This document shows, piece by piece, positions 51,336-61,893 of a DNA stretch of 64,000 bases. A program made the position numbers and the translations under genes. The notes below the pieces were generated by a model that was given only the letters and a program-made list of their open reading frames with translations, made no database searches and was not told where the DNA came from. How positions within the stretch are numbered: position 1 is the stretch's first letter; the number at the start of each line of letters is the position of its first letter. Source of the stretch: Nitrospira japonica (GTDB lineage Bacteria > Nitrospirota > Thermodesulfovibrionia > Thermodesulfovibrionales > SM23-35); contig DYFC01000017.1 of assembly GCA_020725385.1 (NCBI GenBank), positions 1 through 64,000 of the forward strand, read 5' to 3'.

Positions 51336-52004
51336 CTAAACATAATAGTCTTCATCTTTTTGCCAGCCATGCTTTCCAATTAAAGGCACAAAAACACATG
51401 GTGTATGTGTTTCTTTCTCAAGTTTACCTTTTGATTTTATGACTTTAAGAAGAACTTGTGAAAATCTATCCCCGACAGGCGCAATTATTATTCCATTGTT
51501 ATCTGAAAGCTGCTCAATTAAAGGCTGTGGTATTTGAGGTGTTCCGGCAGTTATTAATATTCTGTCAAAAGGTGATTTTTCTTCCCATCCCAATGTCCCA
51601 TCACCTGTTTTTATGTTTATATTTTTATAGAAAAGCGAATTTAAGATATTTTTTGCACTTTCCGCAAGTTGTTCGATACGTTCAATGGAATATACTTCTT
51701 TTGCAAGTTCAGCGAGAATTGCTGTCTGGTATCCTGATCCAGTTCCTATTTCAAGCACTTTTTCATCTCCTTTGAGCTCAAGAAGTTCTGTCATTATAGC
51801 TACCATATATGGTTGGGAAATTGTTTGACCTTCTCCAATTGAAAGAGCCATGTCATCATAGGCTCTTGGTTGTATATTTTCCGGAACGAACAAATGTCTT
51901 GGAACTTTTCTCATGGCATCAAGGACACGATCATCGCTGATACCACGGGGTATCAGCTGGGTTCTAACCATATATTCTCTTAAATCTTTAAAATCCATCA
52001 TCAT
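51336..52004 (-). CDS. pcm: Protein-L-isoaspartate O-methyltransferase
   Basis: VPRHLFV, GQTISQPYMVA, VLEIGTGSGYQ, FVPLIG. Confidence 0.96.
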   Translation of the reverse strand: MMMDFKDLREYMVRTQLIPRGISDDRVLDAMRKVPRHLFVPENIQPRAYDDMALSIGEGQTISQPYMVAIMTELLELKGDEKVLEIGTGSGYQTAILAELAKEVYSIERIEQLAESAKNILNSLFYKNINIKTGDGTLGWEEKSPFDRILITAGTPQIPQPLIEQLSDNNGIIIAPVGDRFSQVLLKVIKSKGKLEKETHTPCVFVPLIGKHGWQKDEDYYV

Positions 52005-53380
52005 ATCCTCTTTAGTATTTCTCTTGCAGCGATTACTCCTGAAGCAGAAGCCTGTATTAATCCTCTGCTTACACCTGCGCCATCTCCCACTGCAAAAAGA
52101 TTTCTAATCTCAGTTTCGAGTTGATTAGAAAGTTTCAATTGTATTGAATAAAATTTTACCTCAACTCCATATAAAAGTGTATGCTCTGAATTAACACCAG
52201 AAGCAATACAATCAAGCGCTTCGATCATTTCTGTAATATCTGCAAGATAACGATAAGGGAGTGCAAAGCTAAGATCGCCCGGAGTTGCATCAGACAATGT
52301 TGGAACAACTTCTCCTTTTTCAATTCTTTCAGCAGTTGATCTTCTGCCATTTTTCAGATCTCCCAGACGTTGAACCAGTACACCTTTGCCAAGTAGATTA
52401 GCGAGTCCTGCTATATATCTTCCATAAGATATAGGATCTTTAAAGGGTTCTGTGAATGTAGTGCTTACAAGAATCGCAAAATTTGTATTTAATGTTTTTT
52501 TGTCAGTATAGCTGTGACCGTTAACTGTCCATATACCTTTTAAATATTCTTTTACTACCTCTCCATAAGGATTTACACAGAAAGTTCTTACTCGATCATT
52601 AAATTTTTTTGATTTAAAAATAAGTTTTGGTTCGTATGTAATTTCTGTTATTTTTTCAAGCACTTTCGCGGGCAATTCTACTCTAACACCAATGTCAACC
52701 GGATTTTGAAGTACAGGAAGTTTTAAACGTTTCACCTCTTTTTCAAGCCATCTTGAACCTTCACGCCCGGGTGCGAGAATGAGGTATTCAGAAAAATATT
52801 TTGTGCCATTCTTTAATTTTATACCGCAGACACTGTTTCTATGCATCAATATCTTTTCAGCTTCGGATAAAAATAAAATATCTATTTTATCTTTAATATA
52901 TGCTTTTATATTTTCAAGAACAATTCTGCATCTGTCAGTTCCTATATGCCTTATCTTTGACGGGATTAAAGATAAATCATATTTTAAGGCAATCGAAGAA
53001 AGATTTTTAATTGCTTCTTTATCTTCACCATAAATATGGTCAGGGGCACCATATTTAACATAGATACTATCCGTGTAATTTATTAAATCTTCGAGCGAAT
53101 TTTTATCAATATATCTCGAAAGAAAACCACCAATATCAGTCGAAAGTGTGAGCTTACCATCACTAAAAGCACCTGCTCCTCCCCAACCACTCAAAAGTGC
53201 GCACTCAGGACAGGTCATGCATTTTGTTTTTTTAACCTTCATCGGGCAGATTCTATTATGAATATCTTTGCCTTTATCTATCATTAAAATGTGTAAATTA
53301 TTATCTTCTCTGAGAAGTTCAAGAGCAGCAAATATACCGGCAGGACCCGCACCTACAATTATGACATCATATCTTTTCAT
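52001..53380 (-). CDS. FAD-dependent oxidoreductase
   Basis: IVGAGPAG, GWGGAGAFSDGKL, GVRVE, GDGAGVSRGL. Confidence 0.88.
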   Translation of the reverse strand: MKRYDVIIVGAGPAGIFAALELLREDNNLHILMIDKGKDIHNRICPMKVKKTKCMTCPECALLSGWGGAGAFSDGKLTLSTDIGGFLSRYIDKNSLEDLINYTDSIYVKYGAPDHIYGEDKEAIKNLSSIALKYDLSLIPSKIRHIGTDRCRIVLENIKAYIKDKIDILFLSEAEKILMHRNSVCGIKLKNGTKYFSEYLILAPGREGSRWLEKEVKRLKLPVLQNPVDIGVRVELPAKVLEKITEITYEPKLIFKSKKFNDRVRTFCVNPYGEVVKEYLKGIWTVNGHSYTDKKTLNTNFAILVSTTFTEPFKDPISYGRYIAGLANLLGKGVLVQRLGDLKNGRRSTAERIEKGEVVPTLSDATPGDLSFALPYRYLADITEMIEALDCIASGVNSEHTLLYGVEVKFYSIQLKLSNQLETEIRNLFAVGDGAGVSRGLIQASASGVIAAREILKRI

Positions 53381-53383
53381 GTA

Positions 53384-54148
53384 TTATATTTTAATCTTAA
53401 ATCTATTTTGCAGAAACTTCAGTGCATCATAATTTGTCAGGTCAAGATGAATTGGCGTAACAGAGACATAGTTATCGAGAATAGCCTGAATGTCGGTATC
53501 TTCACCATGTTCCCAGTATGGCATTCCACCGCCTATCCAATAATGCTTTTCTCCATGTGGGTCAAATGTTTCATGAATTGAACCATCATATACTCTCTTC
53601 CCTTGACGTGTAAGTTTAAATCCTTTGAGATTGTTTATTGGTATATCGGGTACATTTACATTGAGAAATGTATCATAAGGAAGGGAATTTTCAAGTATAT
53701 ACTTACCGATTTCGACCGCAACTTTCGAGGCAGTATCAAAATTAAAGGGTAGACCGGGTTTTTTACTTAATACAAGAGAGATAGCAAAAGCAGGAATACC
53801 CATTATTGTGCTTTCAATAGCAGCTGAAACTGTTCCAGAGTAAGTTATATCATCACCAAGGTTTGCTCCTTTATTTATTCCTGAGACAACAAATGCTGGT
53901 TTATCAGGAATGATTTTATTTATACCAACTGCAACACAATCAGTAGGGGTGCCATTCAGACTAAATATATGATCATCAAGATGTTCTACTTTTAAGGGTC
54001 TATGCATTGTCAGAGCATGACTTACAGCGCTTCTTTCTCTGTCTGGAGCAACAACATAAACATCACCGATTTCTTTCATTATTTTATAAAGTGAAATAAT
54101 ACCGGGAGAATGAACCCCGTCATCATTTGTAACAAGAATTATATTCAT
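53384..54148 (-). CDS. surE: 5'/3'-nucleotidase SurE
   Basis: ILVTNDDG, GTPTDCV, SGINKGANLG...YSGTV. Confidence 0.96.
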   Translation of the reverse strand: MNIILVTNDDGVHSPGIISLYKIMKEIGDVYVVAPDRERSAVSHALTMHRPLKVEHLDDHIFSLNGTPTDCVAVGINKIIPDKPAFVVSGINKGANLGDDITYSGTVSAAIESTIMGIPAFAISLVLSKKPGLPFNFDTASKVAVEIGKYILENSLPYDTFLNVNVPDIPINNLKGFKLTRQGKRVYDGSIHETFDPHGEKHYWIGGGMPYWEHGEDTDIQAILDNYVSVTPIHLDLTNYDALKFLQNRFKIKI

Positions 54149-54333
54149 ATGATATTGTATCAAAAATATTGATGTTGTGTAATATTTTGATAAAAAGCTT
54201 GCTCTAATTGCTATTTTTATGCAAAATATATAGGTGCTTTTTTCAAAAATTCATCCTGAAGGGGTTGGGAGAAGGATGAGCTTAATAATTTTAAAGAACA
54301 ATTATCTCAGATATTTTTGTCTTTATAAATCAA

Positions 54334-55374
54334 ATGGAACAAAAACTAACTTATAAAAAATCCGGTGTTGATATTGATGAAGGTGAACGTTTTGTTCATA
54401 TTATTTCACCGATGGTCAAAAAGACGTTCCGTAAGGAAGTCTTAACCGGAATAGGTTCTTTTAATGCTCTTTTTAATATTGATACCCGAAAATACAAATC
54501 ACCTGTTCTTGTAAGCGGAACAGATGGTGTAGGGACAAAACTTAAAATTGCTTTTATGATGGATAAACATGACACCGTGGGGATTGACCTTGTTGCCATG
54601 TGTGTCAATGATATTCTTACAAGTGGTGCCGAACCTTTATTTTTCCTTGATTACTTTGCTTCCGGTAAATTGAATTCAAAAACAGCTATTAATGTAATTA
54701 AAGGTATAGTTAAAGGATGTAAGGAGGCAGGCTGTGCTTTGGTTGGTGGAGAAACAGCAGAAATGCCGGGATTTTATCCCGAGAACGAATATGATCTTTC
54801 AGGGTTTGCTGTTGGAGTAGTTGAAAAAAAAGAAATAATTAATGGCTCAAGAATAAGACAAGGGGATTTGCTTATAGGTATTGCTTCTGATGGTATTCAT
54901 AGTAACGGATATTCATTGGTTCGTAAGTTGTTTTTTGATATAAAAAAAATGAAAGTTGATACCTATTTCCCAGAATTAAAAAAGACTCTTGGTGAAGAAT
55001 TACTAAGACCGACTAAGATTTATGTTAAAGCATTTATGGCTTTAAAGAATCAAGTTGATATTAAAGGAATGGCACATATTACAGGCGGAGGGATTCCCGG
55101 AAACTTACCAAGAATTTTTCCAAGAGGTATAAGTGCTGTAATTAAAGAAAATTCATGGGATGTCCCGGAGATTTTTAAGATTATAAGAGAAATGGGAAAT
55201 GTGCCTAAAGATGATATGAGAAGAACCTTTAATATGGGTATTGGATATATTATAGTAGTACCTGAAGTTGATGCATATAATGCATTGAAAATATTAAAAA
55301 AAATAGGTTATAAGTCTTTTCTTATTGGAAATATTGTGAAAGGAGGTAAAGATGTTAGATATTCTGAAAATTAA
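54334..55374 (+). CDS. purM: Phosphoribosylformylglycinamidine cyclo-ligase
   Basis: GTDGVGTK, GIDLVAMCVND, GGETAEMPG, HSNGYSL, AHITGGG. Confidence 0.98.
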   Translation: MEQKLTYKKSGVDIDEGERFVHIISPMVKKTFRKEVLTGIGSFNALFNIDTRKYKSPVLVSGTDGVGTKLKIAFMMDKHDTVGIDLVAMCVNDILTSGAEPLFFLDYFASGKLNSKTAINVIKGIVKGCKEAGCALVGGETAEMPGFYPENEYDLSGFAVGVVEKKEIINGSRIRQGDLLIGIASDGIHSNGYSLVRKLFFDIKKMKVDTYFPELKKTLGEELLRPTKIYVKAFMALKNQVDIKGMAHITGGGIPGNLPRIFPRGISAVIKENSWDVPEIFKIIREMGNVPKDDMRRTFNMGIGYIIVVPEVDAYNALKILKKIGYKSFLIGNIVKGGKDVRYSEN

Positions 55375-56203
55375 GAATTTTCTAAGAAAAGTATTTACCC
55401 CTGTAACTATAATGTTTGTTCCTCACAGTAAGACCGAACCTTTGAACTTCAAGGTGCCTTTTATAGGAATTTTTACAATTGTTATTCTATGTTGTTTTGG
55501 TATTGTATATATAAGTATTATTGCAGTTAATACTTATGAATACTATAGAATGAAAAATAAATTAAATTATTATTCTCAACAATTTACGGAACTAAATTCA
55601 ACTATTACTTCATTAAAAAAAGCTGATGATGATTTCAGGCAGTTGTTTTCACTCAAAAATAGGGATAGAATCTTGGAGCACGCTGATGTTATCGATAGCG
55701 GCTCCATAGATTTAGATATGGAAAGCTTAAAGAAACAGATTAGCAAAACTATTGAAAATATAGATGAAATAAAAAAATATTTGCGTTCTGAAAGAGATAT
55801 ATATCTATCCACGCCAAAGGGTTTTCCTGTAAATGGTAATATATCTTCTCCATATGGAATGAGAGAACATCCAAATACAGGTTACAGAGATTTTCATTCA
55901 GGGATAGATATTTCAACTGATTCCGGTACTCCTGTGAAAGCAACTGCGGATGGTATTGTTACTTTTGCCGGTTGGAATGGTGGAAGCGGCAATCTTGTAG
56001 CTATTGAACATGGACATGGATTTTCTACCTTTTATGCACATAATCGGTCAATTAATGTTAGAGTGGGACAAAAAGTAAAAAGAGGTGAGGTTATAAGTTA
56101 TTCCGGTTCAACAGGAAATTCAACGGGACCACATGTCCATTATGAAATATGGAAAAATGGAAGAGCAGTAAATCCTTATGAATACATAAAAGGGAGGTCA
56201 TGA
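55352..56203 (+). CDS. M23 family metallopeptidase
   Basis: TM, coiled coil, HSGID, YAH, STGPHVHYE. Confidence 0.93.
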   Translation: MLDILKIKNFLRKVFTPVTIMFVPHSKTEPLNFKVPFIGIFTIVILCCFGIVYISIIAVNTYEYYRMKNKLNYYSQQFTELNSTITSLKKADDDFRQLFSLKNRDRILEHADVIDSGSIDLDMESLKKQISKTIENIDEIKKYLRSERDIYLSTPKGFPVNGNISSPYGMREHPNTGYRDFHSGIDISTDSGTPVKATADGIVTFAGWNGGSGNLVAIEHGHGFSTFYAHNRSINVRVGQKVKRGEVISYSGSTGNSTGPHVHYEIWKNGRAVNPYEYIKGRS

Positions 56204-56571
56204 TGTTTTCCCGTAATTCTGAAAAACTTGAGGCATTAATTGGTGTTAATACAGAATTTAGAGGCAATATTGACACAAAAGGAACTCTTAGAATTGATGG
56301 TATTTTCGAAGGAAATATTAATGCTGATTGGGTAATACTCGGTGAAAAAGCTTCAGTAAAAGGAGACATTGAATCAAGAGGCATTGTTGTTGGAGGAAAA
56401 ATAGAGGGAAACTTAAAAGCAAAAGAAATAGTTGAGATAAAATCAAAAGGTCAGGTTTTGGGGGATATTCATACAACAAAGTTAACAGTGATTGAGGGTG
56501 GAATTTTCGATGGAAGGTCAACAATGATAAAAGAAGGATCGAATGTTGTTGAATTCCAGGTAAAAAATTAA
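56200..56571 (+). CDS. Bactofilin (polymer-forming cytoskeletal protein)
   Basis: LIG...F.G.I...G.LRIDG repeats; M23-bactofilin pairing. Confidence 0.92.
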   Translation: MMFSRNSEKLEALIGVNTEFRGNIDTKGTLRIDGIFEGNINADWVILGEKASVKGDIESRGIVVGGKIEGNLKAKEIVEIKSKGQVLGDIHTTKLTVIEGGIFDGRSTMIKEGSNVVEFQVKN

Positions 56572-56617
56572 TTAGCCTAAAATGCAGTTTGAGAATTCTG
56601 TATAAAGTTCAGATAAT

Positions 56618-56704
56618 ATAAAAAATGAGGGTAGTTTTAGCTACCCTCTTTTTGCCTCTGGATTGCACCCGATAACCCAGAGCATATACGGTGTTTGACC
56701 CACT
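56618..56704 (-). ncRNA. Candidate small RNA (about 85 nt)
   Basis: Lies between a TTGACA-17-TGnTAACAT promoter and a terminator; internal hairpin CTCTGG...CCAGAG. Confidence 0.45.
56620..56653. terminator. Bidirectional intrinsic terminator
   Basis: AAAAAATGAGGGTAG-TTTTAG-CTACCCTCTTTTT. Confidence 0.85.
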
Positions 56705-56710
56705 TAAATT

Positions 56711-56739
56711 ATGTTAGCATATGCTTTAATATGTGTCAA
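56711..56739 (-). promoter_or_regulatory. sigma70-type promoter with extended -10
   Basis: TTGACA (56739-56734), 17 nt, TAACAT (56716-56711) preceded by TGn; palindrome AGCATATGCT in the spacer. Confidence 0.6.
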
Positions 56740-56747
56740 CAATAATA

Positions 56748-58058
56748 TTATGCTTTGATTATTTTTTTACTTTTGATATTTTTAATGGCATTTCTTGTAT
56801 CAATTATAAGTGAACTGTTTTTTAGAATGAAATGGTAATTATATTTTGAATGGTCTGTAACTATTACAACACAGTCATATTGTTTAAGCTTTCTTTCTGT
56901 TAATGGAACACTTTTCATAGAAAGTTCAGGATAATGTCTCATGCCTGAAAATGAAGGAATATACGGGTCATTATAATCAACTTTTGCCCCTTTGTCTTTT
57001 AAGATGCTTATTATTTCAACTGCAGGTGATTCGCGGATGTCATCAGTGTCTTTTTTGTAAGCAACTCCGAGAATTAGGATTTTTGATTTTTTTAAGCATT
57101 TGCCATGCATGTTTAATCCATCTAAAATTTTTGAGACTACATATTCTGGCATACTTGTATTTATTTCGCCAGCAAGTTCTATAAAGCGGGTGTTAAAATC
57201 ATATTCCTTTGCTTTCCATGATAAATAAAAAGGATCAATCGGTATGCAATGACCTCCTAGCCCGGGTCCGGGATAGAATGGCATAAAACCAAAAGGCTTT
57301 GTTGATGAAGCATCTATAACTTCCCAAATATCGATTCCCATTTTATCAGAGAGGATTTTTAGTTCATTTACAAGTGCGATATTTACACTTCTGAATATAT
57401 TTTCAAGTAGCTTTGTAAATTCAGCAACTTCAGGAGAGGAAACCGGAATAATTTTATTAATAACCTGTTCATATAAGACTCTACCTATTTCTGTGCAATA
57501 TCTGCTTATACCTCCGACTACTTTCGGAATATTTTTAGTGTTAAATTTTGGATTACCAGGGTCTTCTCTTTCTGGAGAAAAAACTAAGTAAAAGTCTTTT
57601 CCGACTTTTAATCCTTTTTTTTCAAATTCTGGAAGAAGTATTTCCCTTGTAGTTCCAGGATATGTTGTACTTTCAAGAGATATCAGATGATTTCTTCTTA
57701 AATATTTAGCAATTTCAAGTGTAGTATTTTTGATATAACTTAGATCAGGTTCTTTGTTCTTTTTTAAAGGTGTTGGAACGCAGATTATTATACAATCTGT
57801 ATTCCTGAGCCTTGAATAATCTGTTGTAGCTTCAAATAATTTTTTTTCTCTGACAGCCAAAATATTCTCAGAAGGAATATGTTTTATATAACTTATACTA
57901 TTATTGAGTTTCTGAACTTTTTTTATATCAATATCAAATCCTGTTACTTTAAATTGCTCCTGTGAAAAACGAATACATAATGGAAGTCCAACATAGCCAA
58001 GGCCGATAACACCAACAGTTGCTTCTCTGTCCTTTATTTTCTGAATTAAATTTTTCAA
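56748..58058 (-). CDS. UDP-N-acetyl-D-glucosamine 6-dehydrogenase (WbpA/WecC family)
   Basis: GLGYVGLP, ICVPTP, ESTTYPGTT, FSPERED, GPGLGGHCIPIDP. Confidence 0.92.
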   Translation of the reverse strand: MKNLIQKIKDREATVGVIGLGYVGLPLCIRFSQEQFKVTGFDIDIKKVQKLNNSISYIKHIPSENILAVREKKLFEATTDYSRLRNTDCIIICVPTPLKKNKEPDLSYIKNTTLEIAKYLRRNHLISLESTTYPGTTREILLPEFEKKGLKVGKDFYLVFSPEREDPGNPKFNTKNIPKVVGGISRYCTEIGRVLYEQVINKIIPVSSPEVAEFTKLLENIFRSVNIALVNELKILSDKMGIDIWEVIDASSTKPFGFMPFYPGPGLGGHCIPIDPFYLSWKAKEYDFNTRFIELAGEINTSMPEYVVSKILDGLNMHGKCLKKSKILILGVAYKKDTDDIRESPAVEIISILKDKGAKVDYNDPYIPSFSGMRHYPELSMKSVPLTERKLKQYDCVVIVTDHSKYNYHFILKNSSLIIDTRNAIKNIKSKKIIKA

Positions 58059-59464
58059 TGGGGTTTTCTCCCATAAATATCATCCAATCTCACAATATCA
58101 TCTTCTCCTACATATTCGCCATTTTGAACTTCTATTATTTCAAGAGGAACTTTACCAGGATTTTCAAGCCTGTGAAGGGTTGATTTAGGAACATAGATTG
58201 ACTCATTTTCATGGATATAACTCTCTTTGTCTCCAATAGTTACCTTTGCCGCTCCTTTTATTACCACCCAATGTTCCGAGCGATGATAGTGCATTTGAAG
58301 GCTGAGTCTTTCTCCCGGATTAACAACTATTCTTTTTATCTTATATCTTGTACCTTCTTCAAGAATTGTATAGCTGCCCCATGGTCTATAAGTAGTTAAA
58401 TGTTCAAGAGCTTCTTTTCTTTTACTATTATTAAGAGTCTTCACTATTTCACGAACTTTCTGTGTCTCACCTTTTTTAGCGATCAACACAGCATCATCAG
58501 TGTCTATTATAAGACAGTCTTCAATGCCTATTGTAGAAATAAGCCTTTTATTGCTGATTATTAGAGTATCCTTAGTATCAACAGTAATAGTATCACCCAT
58601 TTTTACATTGCCTTTTTCATCTTTATTAGCAACATCATAAAGTGAATCCCATGAACCAATATCATTCCAATAAATATCAAGAGGTAGTACAGTCATTTTA
58701 TCGGATTTTTCTGCAATAGAATAATCGAGTGAAATATCAGGCATCTCATCAAATCTTTCAACTAATTCATCGAATCCTAACTCATACATATTAGCAATTT
58801 CTGGAGCGTATTTTTTGAACTCTTTTTGCATTGTCCTGATTTTAAATGCAAACATACCTGAATTCCAGTAATAATTGCCATCTTTTATATATTTTTCAGC
58901 TGTTTTAGTATCAGGTTTTTCAGTAAATTTATCTACTTTAAAAAATACTTGATTTCTTTGATGTCCCTTGTTTTCTACCTTTATATAACCGTAACCTGTT
59001 TCGGGTCTTGTTGGCTTTAGTCCAAATGTAACAATATAACCTTTACGGGATATTTCTTCTGCTGTTTTTACATATTCTGAAAACTTTTCAGCCGGTCTTA
59101 TCATATGATCTGAAGGAGAAACGAACAATACTTCGTCCTCTGCAGTTCCAAGCTTATCAAGACAATATTTCATGCCCAAGGCTATTGCAGGTGCTGTATT
59201 CCTTCCAACCGGTTCGAGAATAATATTATTTACCGTTTTTTTACTATTGGATATAGAATTAAGATCGGAAATAACGTGAAATTTATATTCATTGTTAGTC
59301 ATTACAATTATGTCTTCAGGTGAAAAAATATTCAAAAGCCTTTTAATAGTTTGCTGTAATAGAGAGTTGTTGTCACCTAATTTCAAAAATTGTTTCGGGA
59401 AATTTTTCCTGCTCAAAGGCCATAACCTTGTGCCAGACCCCCCCGCGAGAACTAAAGCTTTCAA
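58055..59464 (-). CDS. manC: Mannose-1-phosphate guanylyltransferase/mannose-6-phosphate isomerase
   Basis: LAGGSGTRLWPLSR..PKQF, WNSGMF, RPWG, LSLQMHYHRSEHW. Confidence 0.96.
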   Translation of the reverse strand: MKALVLAGGSGTRLWPLSRKNFPKQFLKLGDNNSLLQQTIKRLLNIFSPEDIIVMTNNEYKFHVISDLNSISNSKKTVNNIILEPVGRNTAPAIALGMKYCLDKLGTAEDEVLFVSPSDHMIRPAEKFSEYVKTAEEISRKGYIVTFGLKPTRPETGYGYIKVENKGHQRNQVFFKVDKFTEKPDTKTAEKYIKDGNYYWNSGMFAFKIRTMQKEFKKYAPEIANMYELGFDELVERFDEMPDISLDYSIAEKSDKMTVLPLDIYWNDIGSWDSLYDVANKDEKGNVKMGDTITVDTKDTLIISNKRLISTIGIEDCLIIDTDDAVLIAKKGETQKVREIVKTLNNSKRKEALEHLTTYRPWGSYTILEEGTRYKIKRIVVNPGERLSLQMHYHRSEHWVVIKGAAKVTIGDKESYIHENESIYVPKSTLHRLENPGKVPLEIIEVQNGEYVGEDDIVRLDDIYGRKPH

Positions 59465-59478
59465 TTTATAACCTCCGG

Positions 59479-60891
59479 TTACTTATAAAATTTTATACAT
59501 TTATTTAATTCGTTTTCCATAAACTTTTTGTAGATATTCAAAGATTCCCGATCTTCAGCTTCAAAACGCATAACTATAACAGGCTGTGTATTACTTGTTC
59601 TTACAAGTCCCCATCCTTTCTCAAATACCACTCTTACACCATCTATGTCATAAATTCTCTTAACTGGAAAAGGACTTTGTCCTGAAGAGATATAATTTCT
59701 AAATCTATCAACAAGTCTATCAACAATTTTTTTCTTCATATTTTCTTCGCATTCAAGGCGAATTTCCGGAGTATGATGTAATTGAGGGATTCCTGATAAC
59801 AATTTCTTCAAATTCAAGCCGGTTTTTTTCATTATTTCGATAATTCGGAAAGATGTATATAATGCATCGTCAAAACCAAAATAATCATCAGCTATAAAAA
59901 TATGTCCGCTGAATTCTCCTGCAAGAATTGCTTTTTCTTCTTTCATTTTGTTTTTTACAAGAGAATGTCCTGTTTTCCACATTATGACTTTTCCACCATT
60001 TTTTTCAATATCTTCAAATACTGATTGAGAACATTTTACATCTCCTATAAAGACTGAACCTGGCAATCTTTTTAGAATATCTCTTGCAAGTATAACCATT
60101 AATTGATCTCCCCATATAATATTACCATTATCGTCAATTACACCAATACGATCAGCATCTCCGTCATATCCTATTCCGATATCTGCTTTTTCTTCGATAG
60201 TAGTATGAATCAGATCTTTTATATAATCTACTACAGTGGGATCCGGATGATGATTTGGGAATCTACCATCGGGTTCACAATAGAGTTGGATTACTTCACA
60301 CCCCATTGATTGAATTATCTCAGGACTTACTATACCTCCGGTACCATTTCCTGCATCAATAACTACTTTTAATTTTCTATAATCATTACTGGAAAGATAA
60401 GAAAACTTTTTTTTCATGAAGTCTTTATATGCGGTATTTATCTCGAAATACTCCATATATCCTTTGACTTTATTATTTATAAATACCTTTTCTTCGATAA
60501 TATATTTGAGTTCCTGTATCTTTTCTCCAAAAATTGTATCTTTGCCAACACTAATTTTAAAACCATTGTATTCTGGTGGATTATGACTTCCTGTTACCAT
60601 TATGCCACCATCAAGATTTAGATGAAAGATTGAAAAATATTGTAGAGGGGTAGGGCATAAACCTATATCATATACATTTATGCCTGTTCCAATAATACCT
60701 CTGATAACAGAATTAGCCAATGATTCAGAACTGAGTCTTCCATCCCTGCCAACACTTACCCATTTTGCATCAGGATTTACTTTTTTAAGATAAGTTCCAA
60801 AAGCAAGGCCGAGATTATAGGCAAAGTCTTCATTTATATCTTTCCCTGAAATACCACGAATATCGTATTCTCTAAAGATGTTCTTATCCAT
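59479..60891 (-). CDS. manB: Phosphomannomutase/phosphoglucomutase
   Basis: FREYDIRG, TGSHNP, DGDADR, GEFSGH. Confidence 0.93.
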   Translation of the reverse strand: MDKNIFREYDIRGISGKDINEDFAYNLGLAFGTYLKKVNPDAKWVSVGRDGRLSSESLANSVIRGIIGTGINVYDIGLCPTPLQYFSIFHLNLDGGIMVTGSHNPPEYNGFKISVGKDTIFGEKIQELKYIIEEKVFINNKVKGYMEYFEINTAYKDFMKKKFSYLSSNDYRKLKVVIDAGNGTGGIVSPEIIQSMGCEVIQLYCEPDGRFPNHHPDPTVVDYIKDLIHTTIEEKADIGIGYDGDADRIGVIDDNGNIIWGDQLMVILARDILKRLPGSVFIGDVKCSQSVFEDIEKNGGKVIMWKTGHSLVKNKMKEEKAILAGEFSGHIFIADDYFGFDDALYTSFRIIEIMKKTGLNLKKLLSGIPQLHHTPEIRLECEENMKKKIVDRLVDRFRNYISSGQSPFPVKRIYDIDGVRVVFEKGWGLVRTSNTQPVIVMRFEAEDRESLNIYKKFMENELNKCIKFYK

Positions 60892-60894
60892 TTT

Positions 60895-61887
60895 TTAACT
60901 ATATACTTTCTTCCAGTATTTTCTTAAAAATTTAAGTTTACGTTTTACCCAATCTAAGTTTTGTATGTACCATTTAACAGTTTTTTCAATTCCTACATCG
61001 AAAGTTACTTTTATATCCCATCCTGTTTCATTACGGATTTTTGATGAATTTAAAGAATACCTGAAATCGTGTCCAGGTCTGTCTTTAACAAATTCAATAA
61101 GACTATAGTCTTTTTCGAGCAAGTCTAATATTTTCTTAACAACTTCAATATTTTTCTTTTCCTGACCGCTCCCAACATTATATATTTCTCCTGCAATTCC
61201 TTTATTTATAATTTTAAAAATTGCTTCGGCACAATCAGAAACATAAAGCCATTCCCTTATATTTTCACCTTTACCATAAACTGGAATCTTTTCGTTATTT
61301 AATGCTTTTAAAATCACAACAGGTATAAGTTTTTCAGGATATTGCCATGGACCATAATTATTTGATGGCCTGACTGTTATAACAGGAAGTCCATATGTTC
61401 TGAAATATGCTCTCCCAAGCATATCTGCTGATGCTTTGCTTACTGAATATGGGGAATTTGGATTAATTGCGCTTGTCTCGGTGAAATGCCCATTATAACC
61501 GAGTTCTCCATAAACTTCATCGGTGGAAATATTAATAAATTTTTTAATGCATTTTTCTTTTGATACATCCAGAAGAACTTGAGTGCCTTTAATATTTGTA
61601 TCAATAAAAGGTGAAGCATTAAGAATACTTCTATCAACATGACTCTCTGCAGCCCAATGAACAACAATATCAGGTTTGAATTTATCGAAAATAATTCTTA
61701 AAGTTTTTATATCAGTAATGCTTCTTCTGTGAAAATCAATTTTATCAATGATATTTTTAAGACGTTCCAAATCACCGGCGTAACTGAGATTATCAACTAC
61801 AGCTATTGAGTAACCCTTTTTTACTCCTGATCTTACAAATTCACTACCTATAAAACCTGCTCCACCTGTAACAAGAATTCTTTTCAT
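60895..61887 (-). CDS. rfbB: dTDP-glucose 4,6-dehydratase
   Basis: VTGGAGFIGS, AAESHVDRS, STDEVYG, YSVSK, DRPGHD. Confidence 0.96.
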   Translation of the reverse strand: MKRILVTGGAGFIGSEFVRSGVKKGYSIAVVDNLSYAGDLERLKNIIDKIDFHRRSITDIKTLRIIFDKFKPDIVVHWAAESHVDRSILNASPFIDTNIKGTQVLLDVSKEKCIKKFINISTDEVYGELGYNGHFTETSAINPNSPYSVSKASADMLGRAYFRTYGLPVITVRPSNNYGPWQYPEKLIPVVILKALNNEKIPVYGKGENIREWLYVSDCAEAIFKIINKGIAGEIYNVGSGQEKKNIEVVKKILDLLEKDYSLIEFVKDRPGHDFRYSLNSSKIRNETGWDIKVTFDVGIEKTVKWYIQNLDWVKRKLKFLRKYWKKVYS

Positions 61888-61893
61888 GGTTTA

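Noticed and set aside
54250-54282. Hairpin TCATCCT...AGGATGA upstream of purM as a ZTP or purine riboswitch
   Set aside because: A single stem without the conserved aptamer motifs; not enough evidence.
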